Positions 27,017 to 36,579 of a DNA stretch of 64,000 bases are shown here, in pieces. The stretch comes from an uncultured Acidobacteriota bacterium. Lineage in GTDB: Bacteria > Acidobacteriota > Thermoanaerobaculia > Multivoradales > UBA5704. Every line of letters starts with the position of its first letter. The first letter of the stretch is position 1. Both the position numbers and the translations under genes were made by a program. The notes beneath the pieces were generated by a model that did no database searches, was not told the origin of the DNA, and saw only the letters and a list, made by a program, of their open reading frames with translations. The stretch covers positions 736,001 through 800,000 of the forward strand of contig CAVYRF010000001.1 of the NCBI GenBank assembly GCA_963770895.1, given 5' to 3'.

Positions 27017-28546
27017 TCAACGGTCCGTCAGCGGCAGCGCCGCGTCGCCGGGCAGCGCCGCCTGCTCGCCCGCCAGGGCGGCCGCCCACGCCGCCGGCGG
27101 CGGCTCGGGAGCGGCGGCGAAGAAGCCGCGGAAGGGCCTGCCGAAACGCAGCAGGTAGAGGCCGCAGGCCGCGACTGCGGCGGGCACCGAGGCCGCCAGG
27201 CGCCCCCAGCTGGCGGCGGGCTGCCACCAGGCGACCAGGGCGAACAGCGGCAGCGGCGCCAGGTAGACGTAGGCCAGGTCGAGCGCCAGGCGGCCGAACT
27301 CGGCGCCGCCGCAGATGCGGTAGATGCGCCAGCCCATCAGCAGGCCGCCCAGCAGCAGGTAGTTCGCCCAGGCCATGCCGATGGTGCCGAGGTGGGTGGT
27401 GAGCAGGACCCCGAAGGCGGCCAGCGACACCATGTTCAGCGCCACGACGGCGAACCAGTCGCGATCGTGGCCCTCGGTTTTGAGCAGCTCGCCGCCGAGC
27501 GGCGAAAAGGGATCGGCGAGCGGCGCAAAGCAGAGCACCTGCACCAGCGGCACCGCCTTGACCCACTGCGGGCCGATCAGGATGCGCACCAGGACGATCT
27601 GGGCGTTGAACGACAGGAAGTAGGCGCCCAGGGTCTGCAGGCCCAGGAGAGTCACCGTCCCCATCCGGTAGGCGCCCAGGTAGCGCGCGCGGTCGCCGCG
27701 CCGGCGGTAGTCGATGAGCGCCGGATAGAGCACCCGCGCCACCGCCGGCAGCACCAGTTCCTGCAGGCGGAAGCCCCATTCGCGCGCCTTGCTGTATTGC
27801 GCCGCCCAAAAGGCGCCGGCTGCCACTCCCAGGCCGGAGCCGACGATGAGGTTGCTGACCTGCGGCACCGGCAGCGCCGCCAGGGCGATCAGAAACAGAA
27901 ACGAGCTGCCGGCGATCATGCGCGGCAGCAGGCGCAGGTCGGCCGCCGTCAGGGCGAGCGGTACCCGCCCCCAGGCGCGGCGCCACAGCAACACGGCGAA
28001 CAGCGCGGCGCCGGCGAGCTGACCGGCGACCAGGCTCCAGACGCCTGCCCCGGCCGCGGCCATGGCGATCGAAACCGCCGCCACCGCCGCGCCGCGCGCG
28101 ATCTCGGGCGCCACCAGCCGGCCGACTGCCAGCTCGCATTCGAAGTAGACGCGCGGCACGACCGCCAGCCCGTCGAGCAGCACCCACCAGGCATAGACGC
28201 CGAGCACCGCCGGCAGCTCCCGGCTGAGCCCGGCGCTCCACGGCGCCGCCAGCGCCAGACCGGCGGAGAGCACGACGCCCGCCCCCACCTCCCAGGCCAG
28301 GACCGCGCCGTACGGCCGGCGCGGGTGCCGCACCAGCTCGTAGGGGAGCCCCAGGTCGCGCACGATGCCGACGATCACCGTGAACGCCAGCGCCAGCGCG
28401 TAGACGCCGAAGGCGTCGGGCAGGATGATGCGGGCCAGGGCCAGGTCGCTGGCGGCACGGATCAGCACCCGCGCCAGCTGGCTGCCGTAGGCCGCCAGGG
28501 TGGACTGCAGGAATCGCCGCTCGCTGTCCCGCATGTGGCGGCTCAT
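27017..28546 (-). CDS. Wzx-type oligosaccharide flippase
   Basis: LARIILPDAFG, DLGL, GAGVWSLVAGQL; many transmembrane segments; polysaccharide context. Confidence 0.88.
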   Translation of the reverse strand: MSRHMRDSERRFLQSTLAAYGSQLARVLIRAASDLALARIILPDAFGVYALALAFTVIVGIVRDLGLPYELVRHPRRPYGAVLAWEVGAGVVLSAGLALAAPWSAGLSRELPAVLGVYAWWVLLDGLAVVPRVYFECELAVGRLVAPEIARGAAVAAVSIAMAAAGAGVWSLVAGQLAGAALFAVLLWRRAWGRVPLALTAADLRLLPRMIAGSSFLFLIALAALPVPQVSNLIVGSGLGVAAGAFWAAQYSKAREWGFRLQELVLPAVARVLYPALIDYRRRGDRARYLGAYRMGTVTLLGLQTLGAYFLSFNAQIVLVRILIGPQWVKAVPLVQVLCFAPLADPFSPLGGELLKTEGHDRDWFAVVALNMVSLAAFGVLLTTHLGTIGMAWANYLLLGGLLMGWRIYRICGGAEFGRLALDLAYVYLAPLPLFALVAWWQPAASWGRLAASVPAAVAACGLYLLRFGRPFRGFFAAAPEPPPAAWAAALAGEQAALPGDAALPLTDR

Positions 28547-28652
28547 TGTGTCACCACCGGCCGCGCGCTTGGCACCCAGCGCCGCCGCCCGGCGCCGCCA
28601 GCGGTGGCGATCCGCCGTCGCCACCCTCGCCGCCGGCGCGCGGCGCGCTGGT

Positions 28653-29543
28653 TCACGGCTCCGGCCAGCTGGCCAGGATGGCGCGGTACCAGGCCAGCCG
28701 GAAGGCGGCGACCGCCGGCAGCGACCGCCAGCAGGGGAGCAGCATCGGGTGGCGAAGAAAGATCGACGCGGCGCCGATCCACGCCTTGAGCGGCGCCGCC
28801 AGGCGCAGGCGGCGGCGGGTCGCCCAGGTGGCGCCGGTGGCGAAGGCGCCGGGGTGGCGGGCCAGGAACTCCCGGAAGTGCCGGCCGTACCAGGCGGCGT
28901 GCCCTTCGAGATCGCGGCGGCTGGCGCGCACGGCGGCGTGCTCGACGACGGCGCCGGGCACGAAGGCGGTGGCCAGGCCGGCGGCGCGGGCGCGCAGCAC
29001 CCAATCGTGGTCTTCGCTGGTCGGCAGCGCTTCGTCGAACGGCCCGACGCGCTCCCAGGCGTCGCGGCGGACCGCCAGGTTGAGGCTGCCCAGCGGGCGC
29101 CGCGTGTCGGCCTCCGCCGGGCGGTCGGGCAGCAGCGGGTGAAACGAGGCGATGTTGTCGGCCAGCGCCCAGCGCGCGGCGCCGCGGCGGGCGTCGCGTC
29201 CGCGGGCGAAGGTGACGGCGCCGCCGGCGATCGGCGCGCCGGCCAGCGCCGCCGCCAGCTCGCTCACCCAGCCGGCGGCGGGGCGGCAGTCCGCGTCGGT
29301 GAACAGCAGCAGGTCGCCGCGCGCCGCCACGACGCCGCGGTTGCGCGCCGCCGCCGGGTTGAGCCGCTCCGGCGTTTCGACGAAGCGCACCGCCCCGTCG
29401 CGCGGCACCGCCCCCGGCGCGTCGCGCCCCACCACCACCACCTCCACCCCCTGGCCCGGCGCCCCCTGCGCGGCGAGCGCCGCGAGGGTCGCGCCGACCA
29501 GCGGCGAATCCAGGTTGGGCACCACGACGCTGATCAGGGGCAT
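28653..29543 (-). CDS. Glycosyltransferase family 2
   Basis: ISVVVPN, AAARNRG, FTDADC, GPFDE..SEDHDW. Confidence 0.92.
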   Translation of the reverse strand: MPLISVVVPNLDSPLVGATLAALAAQGAPGQGVEVVVVGRDAPGAVPRDGAVRFVETPERLNPAAARNRGVVAARGDLLLFTDADCRPAAGWVSELAAALAGAPIAGGAVTFARGRDARRGAARWALADNIASFHPLLPDRPAEADTRRPLGSLNLAVRRDAWERVGPFDEALPTSEDHDWVLRARAAGLATAFVPGAVVEHAAVRASRRDLEGHAAWYGRHFREFLARHPGAFATGATWATRRRLRLAAPLKAWIGAASIFLRHPMLLPCWRSLPAVAAFRLAWYRAILASWPEP

Positions 29544-29670
29544 GTCCGGTTCGAGTCGATAGCGCCTGGCGGGTGGGGCGCGATCCGCGAGCGATGGGTC
29601 CAGGGCCGGCCGCCTGCGCTGACCGGTGCCGGACCAGGCGGCCGCCGCGGTGGACCGCGGCGGCGGCGCG

Positions 29671-30774
<1,104 letters not shown>

Positions 30775-31025
30775 CGGCTCCCTTTCTGAAGCACGCTCGC
30801 CGGCGCGCCCCGGCTGCTGCTGGCCGCGCCGCGGCTGAATGGTAAAGGACCTGGACCTGGACGCGGAGCCCGCACCGACGAGAACCCGGCAGCCCGCCGG
30901 GCTGGGTCGGGAGGGATCGATGCCGGGCACTGCAGACCGCCACCTGATGCCCCTCCCTGGAAGGGCGAACTGCGGCGAAGTGTAGCCCAGCCGGTCAGGC
31001 GCGGCAACGCCGGGGGACTATGCGC

Positions 31026-32126
31026 TCAGGACGTGGGAGCGGCCACGGCCGGGGGAGCGGCGCCGGCGCCGCCGCCCAGCTCGGCCAGCAGCATCGCGGC
31101 CAGGATGAGGGCGCCGCCGAAGGTCAGCGCGGGCGTCCACGACTCGCGGCCGACGGCGACCGAAAAGACGGCGGCGACGACCGGCTCGGCGGCCAGCAGC
31201 AGCACCGTGTCGGTCGCGGGCAGGTGGCGCTGGGCGTACAGCTGGCACAGGTAGGCCAGCACCGTGCCGGCGAGCGCCGTCAAGCCGATGGCGAACAGGG
31301 CGAAGGGCGTCGCCTCGCCGGCGCGCGGCGGCGCCAGCAGCAGCGACGGCGCGGCGAGCAGCGCGACCACCGCGAACTGCGCCACCGCCAGGGCGGTCAG
31401 CGACATGGCGCCGCGGCGCAGCACGCGCTCGATGCCGACGATGTGCAGCGAAAACGCCAGGGTGCCGGCCAGGGTCAGGGCGTCGCCGCGCCCGAAGGTC
31501 CAGTCGCCGTGCAGCCCCGCCGGCCGGTACAGCAGGTAGAGGCCGGCGGCGGCGCACAGCACCCCGGCGGCCGGTCCGGCCCGCCGGCGCGGCGCGGCGC
31601 CGACAGCGGCCGCCAGGCCGGCGCCGCGTCCCATCCGCAGGGAGAGCCAGGCGAGCGGCGGCACCAGGACGACGGCAAGGCCGGTCAAAAAAGCCGAACG
31701 CGACGGAGTGGTCCACAGCAGGCCGCTCGTCTGCAGCGCGAAGCCGGCGAACAGCAGCAAACCCAGGATGGCGCCCTGGGTCAGCAGCTCCTTGGCCGGA
31801 CCAGCGCCGCCCGCCCTGGGGCCGGGTTCCAGGGCGCCGCCGGCACGGCGGGCGAGCGCCACCGGCAGCAGCAGCAGGGTCGCCAGGCTGAAGCGGTACG
31901 CCAGGAAGTGAAAGATCTGCACGTCGGCCAGGGCGCGCTGCACGACGGTGAACGAGGTGCCCCAGATCACCGTCGCGCCGAACAGGGCCAACCGCGCCAG
32001 CAGCCGCGCGTGCGCCGCCGGCGCCGCCGTGCGCGCCCCGCCCGTGGCGCCGGCCGCGGGCGCCGCGCCGCCCAGGTCCCCCGCCCCCGCTCCTGCCTCC
32101 GCCCCCTCCCCCTCCCCCTCTGACAT
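31026..32126 (-). CDS. DMT/EamA family transporter
   Basis: IWGTSF, GFALQTSGL..TTPSRSAFLT, EPVVAA; about 10 transmembrane segments. Confidence 0.9.
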   Translation of the reverse strand: MSEGEGEGAEAGAGAGDLGGAAPAAGATGGARTAAPAAHARLLARLALFGATVIWGTSFTVVQRALADVQIFHFLAYRFSLATLLLLPVALARRAGGALEPGPRAGGAGPAKELLTQGAILGLLLFAGFALQTSGLLWTTPSRSAFLTGLAVVLVPPLAWLSLRMGRGAGLAAAVGAAPRRRAGPAAGVLCAAAGLYLLYRPAGLHGDWTFGRGDALTLAGTLAFSLHIVGIERVLRRGAMSLTALAVAQFAVVALLAAPSLLLAPPRAGEATPFALFAIGLTALAGTVLAYLCQLYAQRHLPATDTVLLLAAEPVVAAVFSVAVGRESWTPALTFGGALILAAMLLAELGGGAGAAPPAVAAPTS

Positions 32127-32135
32127 CGCGACGGC

Positions 32136-32615
<480 letters not shown>

Positions 32616-32772
32616 CGCGGCTCCTTTCGGTCATCGCCGGGTGCCGCCGGCTGGCGGCGGCACCCGGCACGCGCGCCGCAGTCTACAGCAGGGTGGCCGC
32701 GTCGTGTGGCAGTCGTGCAACAGCTCGCCGCGGGCGTCCCCAACGGCTTGCGTTTCTTGTTTGGCATGTCTA

Positions 32773-32787
32773 TATTGATATTCAATA
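32773..32787. promoter_or_regulatory. AT-rich palindrome, candidate Fur/PerR-family operator
   Basis: TATTGA-TAT-TCAATA directly before the AAGGAGG RBS of the gene at 32801, in the region divergent from bcp. Confidence 0.45.
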
Positions 32788-32800
32788 AAGGAGGTTGCTT

Positions 32801-34216
32801 ATGTTCGACGCTTCGCTAGTTCGTCGCCTGTCTTCGTCCCTGTCCCTGGCCGCTTTTCTGCTGCTTGTCGCCGTTGCGGCGCAGGCGCAGGTGATCGTGC
32901 CCAACCTGGTGTACACCACCATCAAGCCGTGCCGCATCTTCGACACGCGATCGTCGACGGGCGGCAAGCTGATGGCCTCGACGGCGCAGACCTTCAACGT
33001 CGTCGGCAACACCACCGGCACCTACTTCACCAACCAGGGCGGCCCCAGCGGCGGCTGCGCCATTCCCGGCTTCGTCTCCTCGGTGCCGCAGGTACAGGCC
33101 ATCGCCATGAACATCACCATCGTCGCGCCCAGCCTGGCGGCCTTTCTCAACGGCTGGCCGACGGACATCACGATGCCCAGCACCTCGCTGCTCAACTTCC
33201 CGGCGGGCGGCACGGTGGCGTTTGCCAACACGGTGATCCTGGGCGTGCGCCAGGACACCCAGGGTGGCGACATCAGTCTTGAGATCAACGCCGGTAGCGT
33301 CGACGCCTTCGGCGACGTGGTCGGCTACTTCAGTGCCGACAGCGTCACGCCCACCAGCGGTGCCGGCAACGTGCTGCGGGGAGCCGGCGCCGGCAATCAG
33401 GCCTCCAGCTCGGCCACCGGCGGCGACAACGTCGGCATCGGCGTCTCCGCCCTGGGCGGGCTTACCACGGGTGAGCTGAACACCGCGGTCGGCTACCAGT
33501 CCCTCCTCGGCGGCACCACCGCCACCGACGACGTGGCCGTGGGCTACACGGCGCTCAAGACGCTGACCACCGGCAGCGTGAACACGGCGCTGGGAACAGA
33601 AGCGCTGCTCAACCTGGAGACCGGCAGCGGCAACATTGCGGTCGGCTACTTTGCGGGCAGCTCCCTGCTGACCAGTGAAAGCAACAACATCGACATCGGC
33701 AACAGTGGGGTGGTCAGCGACAGCGGCGCGATCCGCATCGGCGGCTCGGGGCAGACCTCCGCGTACATCGCCGGCATCTACGGCTCCACCAGCTCCAGCG
33801 GCGTGGCGGTCTACGTCAACAGCAACGGCCAGCTGGGCACCGCCACCTCCTCGCTGCGCTTCAAGGAAAACGTCCAGGACATGGGCGACGCCAGCGACGG
33901 CTTGCTGCAGCTGCGTCCCGTGACCTTCAACTACAAGCCGCAATACGACGACGGCTCGCACCTCCTGCAGTACGGCCTGATCGCCGAAGAGGTGGCCAAG
34001 GTCTACCCCGGACTGGTGCAGTACGACCAGGACGGCCAGCCGCTGACCGTGCGCTACCAGTTCGTCAACGCCATGCTGCTCAACGAGGTCCAGTCGCAGC
34101 ACAAGACCATCGCCGACCAGCAGACCCAGATCACCCAGCTCAAATCGCAGCTCGAAGACATCCAGAAGACCCTGCGCGCCCTGGCCCAGCCAGCCGCCGC
34201 CCACCCCGCCCAATAG
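32801..34216 (+). CDS. Secreted trimeric fibre/adhesin-like protein with C-terminal peptidase S74 (intramolecular chaperone) domain
   Basis: Signal peptide (..AAQAQ); PCRIFDTR domain; repeated NxAxGxxAL units; SSLRFKENVQDM..LRPVTFNYK..GLIAEEV; terminal coiled coil. Confidence 0.85.
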   Translation: MFDASLVRRLSSSLSLAAFLLLVAVAAQAQVIVPNLVYTTIKPCRIFDTRSSTGGKLMASTAQTFNVVGNTTGTYFTNQGGPSGGCAIPGFVSSVPQVQAIAMNITIVAPSLAAFLNGWPTDITMPSTSLLNFPAGGTVAFANTVILGVRQDTQGGDISLEINAGSVDAFGDVVGYFSADSVTPTSGAGNVLRGAGAGNQASSSATGGDNVGIGVSALGGLTTGELNTAVGYQSLLGGTTATDDVAVGYTALKTLTTGSVNTALGTEALLNLETGSGNIAVGYFAGSSLLTSESNNIDIGNSGVVSDSGAIRIGGSGQTSAYIAGIYGSTSSSGVAVYVNSNGQLGTATSSLRFKENVQDMGDASDGLLQLRPVTFNYKPQYDDGSHLLQYGLIAEEVAKVYPGLVQYDQDGQPLTVRYQFVNAMLLNEVQSQHKTIADQQTQITQLKSQLEDIQKTLRALAQPAAAHPAQ

Positions 34217-34279
34217 GTGCCACCCGCCGCCGCGGCGCCCTCGCGCGCCGCGGCGCCTTGCCGCCGCTACAATCGCCGT

Positions 34280-35446
34280 GTGACCACGCCGCCCCTGTCC
34301 GCCGCGCCGCTGCCGCGCGGGCCGCAAGAGCTGGCGGCGCTCCTCAAGTCGTGGGCGCTGGCGGCCGGCTTCGACCGCGCCGGCGTGGCCTCGCTCGCGC
34401 CCGCCGCCCACGGCACGGCGTTCGTGCGCTGGCTGGCGCGCGGCGACTTTGCCGGGATGGCGTACCTGGAGCGGCGGCTGGAAGCGCGGCTGCACCCCGC
34501 GACGGTCCTGGAAGGGGCGCGCAGCGCCCTGTGCGTGGCGTTGCAGTACCACCCCCTGGCCGGCCAGGGGGAGCCTGCCGGGGACCTCTGGCCGCGGGTG
34601 GCGCGCTACGCCCGCGGCAGGGACTATCACGAGGTGATGGGGGAGCGCCTGCGCGCCCTGGCCGCCCGCATCGCCGCCGCGCTGCCCGGCATCCAAAGCC
34701 GGCCCTACGTCGACACCGGCCCCGTCCTGGAGCGCGACCTGGCGGCTCGCGCCGGCCTGGGTGTGGTGGGCAAGAACACCAACCTGCTGCACCGCCAGGC
34801 GGGCTCCTGGTTCCTCCTGGGCGAGCTGTTCCTGACCGCCGACCTGTCCCCCGACGCGCCCGTCGCCGACCTCTGCGGGCACTGCACCCGCTGCCTGGAC
34901 GCCTGCCCCACGGGAGCCCTGCCGCAGCCCTACCGCCTCGACAGCCGCCGCTGCATCAGCTATTGGACCATCGAGCATCGCGGCGACCTGCCGCCCGCGG
35001 CGCGCGATCTGGTGGGCGATTGGGTCTTCGGCTGCGACGTCTGCCAGGAAGTCTGCCCCTACAACACCCGCCCCGCCGCCGCCGACCATCCCGAGCTCGG
35101 TCTGCCCCCCGAGCGCGCCGCCCTCGACCTGGTGGCCCTGCTGCGCCTCGATCGCGAATCCTACGTCGCGCGCTTCCGCGGCAGCCCCATGAAGCGCGTC
35201 AAACAGGAAGGCCTCCAGCGCAACGCCGCCGTCGCCATGGGCAACCGCCGCGACCGCCGCTACGTCCCCGCCCTGGCCGAGGCCCTGGCCCAGGACCCCT
35301 CATCCACCGTCCGCGCCCACGCCGCCTGGGCCCTGGGCCGCCTCGGCGGCCCCGCCGCCGACCAGGCCCTGGCCGCCGCCCTGCCCGGCGAAGCCGACGC
35401 GCAAGTCCGCGCCGAGATCACCGCCGCCCTGGCCGCCGCAAAGTAG
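34280..35446 (+). CDS. queG: Epoxyqueuosine reductase
   Basis: RYARGRDYH, VDTGPVLERD, CGHCTRCLDACPT, CISYWTIE, GCDVCQEVCP; HEAT-like tail. Confidence 0.95.
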   Translation: MTTPPLSAAPLPRGPQELAALLKSWALAAGFDRAGVASLAPAAHGTAFVRWLARGDFAGMAYLERRLEARLHPATVLEGARSALCVALQYHPLAGQGEPAGDLWPRVARYARGRDYHEVMGERLRALAARIAAALPGIQSRPYVDTGPVLERDLAARAGLGVVGKNTNLLHRQAGSWFLLGELFLTADLSPDAPVADLCGHCTRCLDACPTGALPQPYRLDSRRCISYWTIEHRGDLPPAARDLVGDWVFGCDVCQEVCPYNTRPAAADHPELGLPPERAALDLVALLRLDRESYVARFRGSPMKRVKQEGLQRNAAVAMGNRRDRRYVPALAEALAQDPSSTVRAHAAWALGRLGGPAADQALAAALPGEADAQVRAEITAALAAAK

Positions 35447-35451
35447 AAAGG

Positions 35452-36027
35452 CTAGCCGCCCGCGCTCAAGGCGCGATGGAGGAGGTCGGCAACGTCGAGC
35501 TGGGCGGCCCAGGCGCGCAGGTAGGGAAGGTCGAGGCGCCCGGCCTGAGTGCGGACGATGCCCAGGACATCGGTCCACTGGCGGTCCGAGACCTCGCCGC
35601 CCAGGCGGTACCAGGCCAGCTTGCGGAGCAGGGTGTCTTCGGCGGACTTGATGGCGACCGAGCGTGGCGGATCCTCACCCAGGGAATAGGCCACGGCGCG
35701 CTGCATCTCGGCGCGGTCGAAGGCGCCGGCGCCGGACACGAAGACGTCCACCTTGAAGCCGGAGGCGCGGTGGATGAGATTGAACTGGGCGTGCCGCTCG
35801 ATGGCCCGCCGTATCGCCTCGTCGTCCAGATAAAAGTCGGCCTGGAGGCTGGCGGCGAAGGCAGCGACGTGCCCCGTCGTCAGGTCGGCCACAAGGTCCA
35901 AGTCGCGGGTCTGGCGCGGGACGCCGTGGATCGAGCTGGCGAACGAGCCGCCGACGTGGTGGCGGACCCCCAGCTTCTCCAGGACGGCGATCACTTGCAG
36001 CGGCACCGCCCAGAGCGAAACCGTCAT
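35452..36027 (-). CDS. Nucleotidyltransferase-fold protein (TA-like pair, downstream gene)
   Basis: VGGSFASSIHGVPRQTRDLDLV...KVDVF...SAEDTLLRKL..Y...RQWTDV. Confidence 0.78.
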   Translation of the reverse strand: MTVSLWAVPLQVIAVLEKLGVRHHVGGSFASSIHGVPRQTRDLDLVADLTTGHVAAFAASLQADFYLDDEAIRRAIERHAQFNLIHRASGFKVDVFVSGAGAFDRAEMQRAVAYSLGEDPPRSVAIKSAEDTLLRKLAWYRLGGEVSDRQWTDVLGIVRTQAGRLDLPYLRAWAAQLDVADLLHRALSAGG

Positions 36028-36410
36028 GGCTTGCGGGAGTCGTGCGGGAGAGGGCCGTAGGCCTTGGTTGCAAGCTCCTCGCCCAGCTCCAGGCCGTACA
36101 GGCGACGGCGCAGCTCGTCGGGTCCGGCTGCCGGATGGCGACCACGCAGGCCGGCAAGGGCGAGGTCGCGGGAAAGGTGGATGGCTTCGACGACCAGCTG
36201 AACCTTCCGCGCCGGAGTCATGTCGCGATAGATGGCCAGCTGCATGCGCTCGGCCGCAGGATCGGTGTCCGCCGCCAGGGTAGGGTAGGCGACCTCATGC
36301 GGCCGCGGGCGGCGGCCGGCCTCGGGTGCAGACGACAGGCGCGCACCGGGGGCGCCCGTCTCCTTTGGATCCACACCCACTGGCGCGTCAGTCGGGGAGG
36401 GCGCGGCCAT
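36024..36410 (-). CDS. Small helical partner of the nucleotidyltransferase (putative antitoxin)
   Basis: DTDPAAERMQLAIYRDMTPARK...GLRGRHP..ELRRRL; ATGA coupling; TACGAT 6 nt before the ATG. Confidence 0.65.
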   Translation of the reverse strand: MAAPSPTDAPVGVDPKETGAPGARLSSAPEAGRRPRPHEVAYPTLAADTDPAAERMQLAIYRDMTPARKVQLVVEAIHLSRDLALAGLRGRHPAAGPDELRRRLYGLELGEELATKAYGPLPHDSRKP

Positions 36411-36579
36411 GGTGCGATCGTAGCGCAATGTCCGAGGCGTGAGCTCCCTGGCCGCGTGCGAGAGAGTGCGTCCCGCGCCCGCGCCGTCGGCCCACCTGAC
36501 GCCAGCCGGGAACTTGCCGCGGCGTGTCCGTCTCCTCTTCCTGGGAGGACTCCATCGCTGGTCCTGCCACGGAGGAACC

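Noticed and set aside
32801-34216. Prophage tail fibre
   Set aside because: It has a Sec signal peptide and housekeeping neighbours; no phage structural genes or integrase in the window.
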